The notes under the pieces are model-generated. The model was not told where the DNA came from, made no database searches, and worked only from the letters and a program-made list of their open reading frames with translations. From positions 1,364,001 to 1,428,000 of the forward strand of contig NW_026782116.1 in the NCBI RefSeq assembly GCF_031769215.1: a DNA stretch of 64,000 nucleotides, given 5' to 3'. Made by a program: the position numbers and the translations under genes. Positions within the stretch are counted from its first letter, which is position 1. Each line of letters opens with the position of its first letter. The DNA is from Ylistrum balloti. Lineage: Eukaryota. Shown in pieces: positions 52,839-64,000 of the stretch.

Positions 52839-55800
52839 CACATCTGATTATTCATCACCTGTTGTAACGGAATTCGGTCATCCTATCAGAGAGGCAGAAT
52901 TCTCACTGAGGAAAGGCTCTACCTTTCTTAACAATGCTGCAAGAGGAAGTATTCCAAGACGAGTTCGGGAAATTCATTTAAGGTATGCCAGTACGAACTA
53001 CAAGGTATAAAGGTCATATTTGGGCGCAATATGGTTTTTAGGTCTTAGCATCACTGACGAGTCCTGGAAAGACGAAACAGCTGTATGATGCAGTTTAATT
53101 CATTGTTTGGCTCTACTGTATCTCACTCTAAATCAGGAAAAGGCGCTATTCACTTTTGTGTCCTTTGTTAAATCTTTGAAAAAAAATCGTGAAATTTTTT
53201 CATAAAACAATAGTAAGTACCAAATCAGCAACCAGATGTTAACACCGTAAAATTCTCAATTGAACAATTATGTGATTCTCATATTGCTTGCGACGTAGTA
53301 CACGCATACACGTCCTTTTCAGACTAGAGATAAATTCTAACCATCCCATTTGGTAAACATTGTAACCGTGTTGTAAATGAAATGGTTTACTAGATACATT
53401 GACGAAATCGACGATCACCCTGACGACTGGATGAGAAGGAAGTTAAAAAACATGTGGATTGCAGCAAGAGACTGTGCAGCAAGGTTTATCAATGCTGATC
53501 CTGAGGACTTCGTCTTTGTCCAGAATGCAACAACAGGTAATCATATTGTGATGAACACACAGCTTTATTACCCTAATCAGGATATCATGAGAAAACATTA
53601 GTTTCTTGTTCTTTAAGATGAAAGCTTTCCTTGATTCTTTTGACATTTTGCTCATCTTTCGTAAATTAAGTGTTAGTTTAAAAGTTCAGTTAAAACTTAT
53701 ACTTAAAGCTTATACTTTTGCCTTTTTCTTGATTTTGATTAGTTACTACAAAGTCAGAACTTCCAGATACAAAACGTTCTAAGCACAACACAGTATTACA
53801 TTTAAGATGAATGAGGTGTCCACGCATTGGTATTCTCAGAACGTACACTATAAATGTTTTCTTTCGATGGTTGTACAAAAAGGTTGAGAACACACAGGGA
53901 ATATTTTTCACGGAAGTCACGATACAAACTACTGTTTTCTGAAATTTTCTTTTCGTGGTACATGATGCATCTGCTTTTTACGATATCATTCGATCCTCGC
54001 AACAGCGAAAATTTGATTAACTCTTGTACCTCAGGTTTTAACTCTGTCCTGAAGACCTTTCCGTTTACACATGAGGATGCCTTGATGTTTACAAACAACT
54101 CATTCGGAGCAGTACAGAACACATGCCGCCAACTATCAACCAATCTAAAAGGTTATTTTAATGTATACAATCCTCTATATATATCCATGCAGTAAAGTCA
54201 GATGTTGTTTGTGTGTATACATCATTGAAAGCAACCTGAATGGCGTTTTACTGATATATATATAATTCTCTTATATAATGAAAACATGCAAATTCCATTA
54301 CACTAGTGATTGACTTGGTGGAATTTATACCACTAGTCAATGCTGGACACCGTTTTTCGTATGGAAAAGCCATTACCATGAGAGCGAGGAATTTTCAGAA
54401 TCAGACTTTGTAAAGTTACGATATGAAGGCTTTTGTTTCATTTCTTTCCTGGAGTTGGTAACCACAACAGTAATGATTATCAGATTAGTACCATTACACT
54501 GTTATTATGGCATACACTTCGAACTAACTACCAACATACATACATCTGTTATACATGACCGTATTTCCATATGATTGATTGGTCCATTTTCGATTGCATG
54601 ACTTAAATGATCCATACCTCTTCTATAACATTTATCATGCCTTCGATCACCGATTAAAAAAAGAACTGTTGGGAACATAGAATAGAAATTCTTATAACAC
54701 GACCAGTAGACGATAAGACTGTGGCGTTTCGATGACTACACGGTCACCTTCATCAGACAAATTACCAGTGTGGAGCGTACTAGACACTGAAGTACGTAAG
54801 GCACGGGATGGTACGGAATCGACCAACTTTTTCAGCTGCACTATATAGTCCGGTCTGATGAAGGTGACCGTGTAATCGAAACGTCACACTTTTATCTCCT
54901 ACTGGTTGTGTTTTAAGAACTTCTATTCTAATGGCATTACCAACCTGAAGAAATTATTCCAAAATAACTGTTGAGAACGTATATTTAATTACATATAATA
55001 GTGTTGTGTTGCCTTATCATTGAAACAATGATAGCTGAACTGGCATGTTTAGTGCCTTTTATAAACAGGAATACCCATACTTGTGTCCAAGCAGTTCATA
55101 TTTTACAGCTTTTCAATTTGCACAGTCAGTCATATTTTCCAGGTATGAAAGCGCACACTATGAAAATATCATTTCCTATCGAAAGTGAAGACGATTTAGT
55201 TGAAGAGCATCGCAAATTCATAATGGAGCACCCAGATATAAAACTAGTCGTTGTAGGTATGTATTTATAAGTTATTATAGATTTGAACGTTTTTATTACC
55301 TAGAGTAAGGGACTTTTAAGATGTATTCAAAGCTTATAGATTGCGGCCACTCAAACCACATTCATACATAAGAAGAATATGTCGTTTAGCATGAAATCTA
55401 GAATCTCTTGTCCTAATGCAAGTCATGAAAAATATATTGAAGTATGGGGAAAAACTTTAATAGTCATAGATATGATCACGAACAATATGAAAAGGACATT
55501 CTTTAATCGATTGTTTTGAGAAAACAGAACCTGGAGTATTGTTTGTGTTAAACCTTATGCCTACATAACAGCTGAATCTTCAAACCACTGCTATGTACAT
55601 CACTTTTATTGGTCATCCTTCTAGATCACATAACAAGTCAGACTGCGCTGAAGTTTCCCGTACACAAGATTGTCAAACTGTGTAAGGATATGAACGTAAT
55701 GGTACTTGTAGATGGCGCCAACGCGCCTGGGCAGGTGGCTTTGGACATGAAGAGTTTGGACCCGGATTTTTACTGTGGTACGTTTTATCAGAAAGATGTT

Positions 55801-57769
55801 TTGTTTTTTCGGGTCAGTCCCAAAATCAAACCGACACAACTTGGGACCAAAGGGATCCATTCAGTACTTGTCAAGTAATAGCAATATAAAGTATTGTTTA
55901 CTGACGAAAGACCACGGACGTTGAGCAATTTGATGATAGTGTCCTGATCACAAAGTAGTTGGATGGCGCAGAGGAAAAGCACTCATCTTTCATTGAAACG
56001 TCCGATTTCGAGTGTCCGAACAGACGTCAAAAGGGCCAACAAGAGTGGTACAGTCGGTATTTCTGATATCAAAACAATAAAGAATAATGAAAATAAAATG
56101 AAAGATAAGAATATAAATTGGAAAGACTAATCTGTGAACACTTTCGGAAAATTTATCTCCATATCTTACATTACAGGGAACTTCCACAAGTGGGCGTTCA
56201 CACCAAGAGGGTGTGGCTTCCTGTATGTAAAGAAATCTTATCGCCAACTGGTCAGGCCATTAGTGACGTCACACAACTACGAACAAGATATGACCAATGA
56301 ATTTTTCATGCAGGGATACCGGGATGATACACCGTATATAACCGTACAACACGCCCTCCAGTTTTATAAAGACATCGGAGGAATGGTAATTAATGGACAC
56401 CTAATTCAAAAATACAGTCTTCACAACTGCATCAGATGCTTGTTGTACTTACTTATGTCTTAAAACTTACTTTTTTGGTTAATCATATTCATCTGCTGCG
56501 AAAACAACAAATTGACAAAAATTATCAATTTTTCCCCCTGATATTTTCATCACAGAAAAATCGTTAATAAAATGTATGCTATATTCAGCCTATGTAACTT
56601 TGTTTCAAATAAGGAAACGGTTATGGAATATAACACTGCGTTACTGAAAGAAGCAGTCGACCTCATTACCTCTAGCTGGGAAACGCACACATTGCCTATT
56701 CCAAAGTCATTGGAGGCGCCATGTGTTAGGATGGTCAGACTACCGCAGCTCAAGGCCTATGGAAACAATTCGGTCAGTAACACGTTTTATCATCTATGTG
56801 ACTGTAAAAACTTGCCAGTCAACTCCTCATCAAACATACTATTGTTGTCGGTAACTGTTCTATTTTACACAAGATTAAAATTAAACATACTAACGATGTC
56901 GGTAACTGTTCCGTGAGTATACCAGATCAAACAACAATTGTCACTAACTATTTCATGTGTAACCAGCTGTCTCTACACAAAGTAGGTCATGTCAATGACT
57001 TGGAATGTGACATACAATCCTTTGCACTTCACAGCACTGTAAAAATCAGCTGTCATCAATTCATAATAATTCTACTGTAATGTCATTCTTATCTCTCCTA
57101 ACCAGCAATGATATAGAATGTATTTTCAAACACTTTGTCTTCATTACATACACAACATGTCTTTGTTACATGTAACTGCACATGAGATACATATGTATAA
57201 TGCATATATAAAAAAAATTCTGGTTTAATGGAACTAGTAACTACTATGTATTTGACATGACTATCCAACTTTGTTGAGCGGAAGCGTTTGCCGAGTTTTT
57301 TGGTTGCGATATTAACCTGGAAGTCTTATAAAACAACTAGATGTTTAATTCAAATTGTGCAAAGGAGATTACTGTACTTTTTTTACTTAAAATTAAACAT
57401 TTGGTTAAACAGACTACTATGATTTTCCTAACTATTGAATTTCAACTTACTACAAATAAATTTGGTTTCACTAGTGTGCCTTGTGTACAACACTAACTTT
57501 TAATAACATTTACATCTTTTTTGCACAATTGGACTATAACTAATTCAATTTCTTTTATACATGTACGTATTTCACATACAACACTTTTGTATTTTGGTTT
57601 ACAGGAAGATGCTGGCCGATTGGTTAATGATCTGTATGCCCAGTATGACATACAGACCCAGATGTTCTGTGTACAAGGACATTTGTATATACGAGTGTCA
57701 GCACAGGTGTACAATGAGCTAAATGACTACCAGAAACTGGTTACTGTCATAAACAGACTCAGAAAGTAG
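52839..57769 (+). CDS. PLP-dependent class V lyase B, tandem paralog (start codon not located)
   Basis: Exons 52839-52982, 53394-53536, 54035-54151, 55143-55256, 55625-55777, 56177-56385, 56614-56772, 57605-57769. Exons 2-8 have the same lengths as in paralog A and the frame is open. Motifs FLNNAARG, DHITS, DGANAPGQ, GNFHKW. Confidence 0.88.
53048..53091 (+). ncRNA. Apparently intact minimal type I hammerhead ribozyme (family 1)
   Basis: GCAUCA-CUGACGA-GUC-CUGGAAA-GAC-GAAA-C-AGCU-G-UA|UGAUGC. Perfect 6-bp helix I, full core and palindromic minimal helix III. Predicted cleavage after GUA at 53085. Confidence 0.85.
54719..54759 (-). ncRNA. Minimal hammerhead (family 2), minus copy of an inverted pair
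   Basis: UGU-CUGAUGA-A-GGUGAC-CGUGUA-GUCAUC-GAAA-CGCC-ACA. Intact 6-bp helix II; the cleavage triplet is GCC rather than GUC. Confidence 0.7.
54852..54890 (+). ncRNA. Minimal hammerhead (family 2), plus copy of an inverted pair
   Basis: CUGAUGA-A-GGUGAC-CGUGUA-AUC-GAAA-CGUC-ACAC. Has a 3-nt deletion in helix II. The downstream ~50 nt is homologous to that of the minus copy. Confidence 0.65.
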
Positions 57770-58286
57770 CACAAGAGATCTTTGTCACGGCTGATGCATG
57801 CAGGTTCTACATTCCACAGACTAATAGACTATCATTAATTGCCCCATTATAAGAAATGCTATATACCAGGCATATTAATTATGATTTTGATCCAACATCA
57901 GTACCTTGTGTAGCTATACCTGTTTAAACATAACTTACACAATCAACTCAATATATTTTTTGTGCCTTTTTAAACAAAATTTCAAGATGAAAAAAGTCAA
58001 CAGGAAGTCCTGTGTCTGAATTTTAAAATGCCACAACACAAGACTGAAACATATGATGGATGTATGTATAAAACAGATCATTAGAATCTTTAATTATGAC
58101 AAATTCCACAAATTATTGCAATATTTTAATCGGACACTTAAGAATCAATTTTGCTTCAATCTTCAAATTCCTCATTTCCTCCTGAAATGAAATAGTTCAA
58201 ATACATGTCAACTTTACCCTTTAAAGAGAGATAATTGACACACTAAATGTGTCACTAACTTGGATATGATCAAAGGACGGGTTTTA

Positions 58287-61200
58287 TCATTGTAATAATG
58301 CTGTGATCTTCTTATCCAGCATACTCTTTGTGTCTGCATTTTGGACAGTTTGTAAATTTTGGGTGACATGCTTGATGCTGTGCGTAAAGAGAGTCGTAAA
58401 TGCATTCATATCCAGTTCACGTTTGACCAGTTCTAGAGAACACACCATGTCGAGTTGAAGAACGTCCAAGGGATCGAGAGTCTCCATTGGCATCCAATAA
58501 GTTGCATTGCACACATGACAAAACACTTCTGTGAGCAGTAATAGATGTTCTGATGCAGATAGGGTGCTCTCCTTAACAAGGACATACTCCTGTTGGACAT
58601 CAATAAGAGTAAATCTGACATCACCGACAGTGTTACCTTTACTTAAGAGGATAACTTATCTATTTATCATTTAATAAAAGATCAAAAGCCAACTTCTAAC
58701 TATAAAATGTCTGTTTAATAACATTTCTTCATATTACAATTTTACTGCAAAACCCCTCATAACAGTGTTGTCATATACCATAAGTGGTCATTTAATAATG
58801 TTGTATTCACATTCTCTCGATACCATGCCTGGAACTTTTTATTTTCTTGTTGACAATAAATTTTTACTAAGCAGAGACTGCACTTTTGGTTACCATGACA
58901 ACAATATGAGACAATCAATATTATCATTGTTGTAACTGATGCAGCAAAGGACAAGATTTCGGGGATAGTTACAGACAGAGTAACAAATTAACAGACAAGG
59001 TGATTCAAGTGTAAAAAAATGATTCTTACCTTAAGAACTGCCACGTAACATTTGGTGCAGTGTAACAAGCCAGCCATATTTGTTGTTAGCGTAGTATATT
59101 GAAGGACCACCATGACATCATGCAACAATTGAGAAAGATTCAATGACTGCAACACAGCTAGGGAGTAAAGATTGTGGTACTAATTAATTATCAATCTTGA
59201 TCACTGACTGAACTCTTTAACTGTTCAGTTGAAATTATTTCTGCTATGTATTAGCACGCAATGGTAAAAGTATATATATATATGTACAATATATTTATCA
59301 ACAACGCTACGACTGAACTGATTCATTAGCATCAATACATATTGACTTACAATCTGTAAAAAATTGATCAAGTTTTTAAAATAAGAATAGGTTTATCACA
59401 AATGAATACAAATGAATACCTTACAATGTACTGTATATTAACCTGTACCTTCTGAGTGCTTCCCAAAGTTCTCTAGTCCATATCTATTGTTGTGCTGGAG
59501 AGTTGGATGTTCCTGATCAAAAAGTCTTTGTATTAACTGTGTAACTCTCTTCCACTCTTCAAACACACAGTGTGGTAGCATCTTTGGCAAAAACACATTT
59601 TAAACGCAATTGATTAAGTATAGTTAAAATTTCAATTTCACAGTATGTTGTCAAACTGAATGAAATAAATGGAAAAATATTAAATGTTCAGGTGAATAAA
59701 ACTGCCGACATTTTACATAATACTGTTCTTTCATACTAAATCCTTACAACTGATTTAGGTATTTTCATTTTGAAGATGATCATCTTAATTTCCGTTTTCT
59801 TTCTCAAAAAAAAGATGCATTATCTGATGTTTTAGTAAAACAGGTAAAACAAGCATACAGAGTTCGCTAAAGCAACACATGTACCCTTCTGGCTCCTGCA
59901 TGCTATAACACTGAAATTATTTATAAAGATGGTGCTGTTTCATCTTATTTTTGAAAAATAAAAAAAAACATACAATTAGTTTGAAACTGCATTTTTATGT
60001 AACAACTGAATAACAAGTATGAAAATCTGACAATTCAGTTCCATCACCATTGTGTAATAATGTGTTATGGTCATTTGTAAGTATGATTTGATCAAAATCC
60101 TGTAAGGAATGAAGCTGCTAGTGTCGAATATGATTTTCTAAAAAAGGACCTTGACCATGACCCGAGAAGATATTTCAGTACTTTAAAAGTGTGAAACCTT
60201 GATGAAAATCACTCTAGAATAGTGCTGTCAATAATTTTCTGCTTGTAAATTGATGGAAGTTAGCATTGAATTATTGGTACGCAGAGTGTGGATGGAGACT
60301 TTATATGACTATGGATTACTGTAAATAAATCTTACAATCATTATTGCGGCCATCTTGATGTGATTTTCTTATGAAGTGAAAAAAAAATTGTTCTTTGACA
60401 AAACATATACCTACATCCCATGGTCTGTATATATCTACCAATCACTTAGCTTGTAATACACAGTTTGAGTTGTGTCAGCTAGAGTGTGCAAAATGTTACG
60501 GCATGAAATAAATCACTACACATCAGTGCTAATTAAGTGACATGTATGTGTGTAATATGACGCTATCAATTGCTAACGATGGTCATTTACAGCTTGCTAC
60601 ATACTGTGTGTAATGTTGATATGAAGAGACAACATGGAGGGATTATTGCAACGCCAATGACTTTGTCAATAGCAAGACGGGTGGTCTAGCGATATGTTTG
60701 AACAATTCAGAATGGAAGTGAAACAAACTAGAAGGGGTTGGAACTATCATTAGACATAAAATTATTGTTTTTATTGAAAAAAATCATGTGTTGGAACTAT
60801 CTGCCAATTCAAACTGACTGGAGGTTCACTGAATTTTTTATTATCTTTTTTTTTTTTATTCTAATTTAGATACACTGGATCCTGTAATAAAGTTGACAAC
60901 ATTCTTCAAAAAAATATGGTTCACTGGCTCTGTTCTTAGAAAAGCTGATGAAAGACATGGTCTAAGCTCATTTTGCCAAACAGAAACCATCTTTTATTAT
61001 GAACACATGAAACTGAGAGATACCATACCTGTGCTAATGTCACTACCATATCCTCATATACCAGAACCAGGCCTGAGTCTGCTTTTGTAAACATCTGGGC
61101 CACAGAATGCATCATTGGTTCACTAACAGCAGCTGCTCGCAGCAGATCCAGGTAAACTCTGTCACCTGTCAAAGTTAACTAAGTATACCTACATCTGTTC

Positions 61201-63439
61201 ATTAAATATAATCAAATATCTATAGTTTCAATGACTAATGAAGTCAACAGCTAACAACATTTTTTTCAAAAATAAGGATGTTATCTCTCTTCCTGTCATT
61301 AATCTGAACTCTCACATAGATGTACTATGTGACTATTGGATGTCTTCCAAAGGATTGCGTAAGTACAATATATTTATTGTCTTTTATATCTATTATATGA
61401 TTTAGGCTATGATAAGATGTCTATCATAGACTGCTCAAACAAATCTGTTCTCACCAAGCAAGCTATATTATTACCTGAATTGTTTATCAGTGCTAGACAG
61501 AGTTCCTCCAGCTCACATTCCTGCAAAAACAGACACCATATAGAAGTTAAAACTGCAGCAAAAGAACTGCTGATGTGAAACGGCAAATCACATATAGCAG
61601 AATTAAGTAACACTGAGTGGATAATAAATTCAACACTTGTCAAAAAACTCGAGTTTCTGTTGAAAGCCAAATCAAGCATTTTGATACACTGTGTATGTAT
61701 CTTTTATATCTCCAAGACTTGGACCTTCAGCATGAGAAAACAATGCCAGTAGCATCACGGTCCAGATTATTAATAACGAATAAATTAGATCTATTTATAT
61801 ATACTTGCATTACAATTTTATTGTATCTATTTTTCATAACCTTTCAAAGAGAAAATGAAAACAATTTACCATTACACTTGGAAAATGAAAGCAATGGCAT
61901 ACCAAAATCCTTAACAGGTGCTGTGTCTACCTTTAGTTTGTTATTCTAGGTTTTAAACCTTGAGTATAATTTCAAAGAATAATAGAGATATCAAGCTGAC
62001 AGTGCTAAGACCATATAGAAATATCAAAATATCAAAAGTATTTAGAACTTAAGATTATTATGCATGATGCATGGATCCAGATAATTTTCGTAATTTCTAG
62101 ATTTCAAGTTTTAATTACTTTGATCCAGACTTGTATTAACACTGAGTATACAAAGGATCTGACACATGTTAAAGGACCCCTTCTCTACATCTACAAAAGC
62201 TCTTTCATCAGGACCTGCCTGTCACTCCTTCATGTATATTTCAGTTTGATCAGTGTAAAAAGTATATACCGGTAAATAAATAGAGAATCTGCACGATCTA
62301 TACATGTTGTGGTATTTAAAGGCACTTGATCTACATTTCTATTAGTATATATTGGTTAAAAATCTTTTTGCATATCAAAAACAAAGGAAAAAAATTCACT
62401 AAAACAATATTTATACTATCTCCAACAATGTATCACACTTCCTTCTTCAGAAGTCAGCTACACATGGCATTTCACTCAGCAATCCATTGAGCATTCAAGA
62501 TTACACTTACACCATACAATGAAGGAATGAATTTGGATCTGACCTGTGTGTATGTTACTGGACCTAGTATTTCTGCCATATGGAGTTGAACTGACCAGTC
62601 CAGTTGTTCTAGATGACTGTGGAGCCACACACTTGTCTCAGGGCCTGTAAAACAGTTGATTATGAGAGTCAGTAAAGGAATTGTCTAAGTCCTTATCAAT
62701 AAACATGTGGATAAATCAAATATCATGCTTTACATGCGTTGTAACACAAGTCTTTTGTAATAATTATTAGAAATTGAAATATTTCTTGGAAAATTTCTGT
62801 ACAGTCCATTAAAATTACATCATATTTTATCATTCCAATACCTAGACTAAACCATGGCCCCTTTCCAATTCGATCTTAACTGAACTGGTACTACAATGAT
62901 AAGTTTTTGCAAAAAGAATTTTTGCTATTGTGTTAACGGTTCATATCACTGTATTACTGTCACCTTTTAAAAAATCTGTTTTAAAAAATCTGTTTCTTCA
63001 GAAGAAATCATTTTAAAGTTAAATTGAAGCCAATGAAGGAAATGTACTTTCGCTTACCATAAGTGCACAGTTCACCAGAAGCATTCATCAACTTAAGTAG
63101 AGCTGAAAACTTCACCAAATTTTCTTTCAACTTCAACCTCACTCCTGCATCTTCATCCGATTCCCAAAGAGCCACACTATGCTGCCATAGTTCAGCCACA
63201 CTCAGTAACCAAGGCGCAGATTCGGTTGCTAAGGACCTCACTAAGCTAGTCAGAAAGGCCTTATGATGTTTCATTGCTTCAATAATACTAATGAAAATCT
63301 CTAATGCAAAAATGGTATCCATGCCTTGATTTTGGTTACTAAGAGATGAAACATTGAGGAATGGTAGAACAGTTTTCTGGATGAACTTGTTACAATTCAG
63401 CAGTGGTGTCCTCATAATGTCTTCACTGTTGAATGGTTT
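58287..63439 (-). CDS. GEMIN4: Gem-associated protein 4-like, 3' portion (continues beyond the window)
   Basis: Phase-consistent exons 63439-63058, 62644-62511, 61520-61475, 61165-61029, 59581-59449, 59157-59030, 58828-58779 (tentative) and 58641-58287. Segments WLHSHLEQLDWSVQL, TLAQMLPHCVFEEWKRV and FCHV..MPMETLDPLDVLQLD match my recollection of the GEMIN4 C-terminal half. Confidence 0.72.
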
Positions 63440-64000
63440 CTGCGGCAAAAAAAATATGAATAAGGATGGTATATTCAAATCCCCTAAACATATATTGCAC
63501 ATGTCATATTTCAAATAAAACAAACTGTATGCATTTAACTAATATTGAATGTATATTTGGTTCTGTGTAACTATCACTGTCCCATAACAACCCTGCAATC
63601 TATCTACATTAAGAAGGTTCATAAGTCAACCTAAGACCTCTCACTCTTTCAAAGGCAGTGATCTCAGGAGAGAAGCAAGAGGCACAGTTGGCCTGTGTCC
63701 ATTCCCTTTTCAGCAGCTTTAAAGGAAACGATTTTGAAGACCTTCTTTATTTTATGTGACTTTCATGTTTATCCGAAAGTTAAAATTCCTTCTTTCCAGT
63801 GTGTTACAGGTAAAATATCATAAAACTTGGCCTCTTTGTTATCCAGGAGAAAGCTATAAAGCTACTGAAAGATACTGATAATCAATAACCCATCGCCCTG
63901 ACTATTTGCTTCTTTGTTATTGAGATGTATGTAATGGTTCACAGGAAATAGCCGACACCAAAAGCACAACAGATAGATCCAGTTGGATGGAAAGAAGAAG

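Noticed and set aside
60050-60500. Decayed HINE-like repeat (gaccttgacc motif) in a GEMIN4 intron
   Set aside because: Termini could not be defined, so it was not reported as a feature.
1-64000. Remaining short (60-110 aa) ORFs in the track, and tRNA/rRNA genes
   Set aside because: The short ORFs have low-complexity AT-rich composition, lack splice or motif support, or are antisense shadows of real exons. No tRNA or rRNA structure was recognised.

Overview
AT-rich eukaryotic (animal) genomic DNA with spliceosomal introns. It is most likely a bivalve mollusc, inferred from the Helentron-associated (HINE-type) element and the repeat landscape. Gene models were built by hand from GT-AG boundaries and exon phases. 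(1) A minus-strand cluster of four Gly/Tyr-rich secreted-protein genes: three near-identical copies in a ~5.8-6.0 kb tandem duplication plus one diverged paralog. Three of them end in a short hydrophobic exon missed by the ORF track; that exon was not found for copy 1. (2) An intact two-exon TREX1/2-like gene that has lost most catalytic residues. (3) A six-exon multipass membrane protein with an internal duplication, TP53I11-like. (4) Two tandem eight-exon PLP-dependent class V lyases (Egt2/LCD/CefD-like), the second altered at active-site motifs. (5) The 3' part of a multi-exon GEMIN4-like gene. Repeats include 44-, 43- and 72/74-bp satellites, a HINE with 145-bp repeats, a MITE, and decayed Penelope-like and CR1/L2-like retroelements. 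The most unusual signal is two dispersed families of minimal type I hammerhead ribozymes. One apparently intact copy sits in sense orientation in a lyase intron, and the 44-bp satellite appears to have been born from the tail of this ribozyme element. All family assignments come from recalled motifs; no database search was run.
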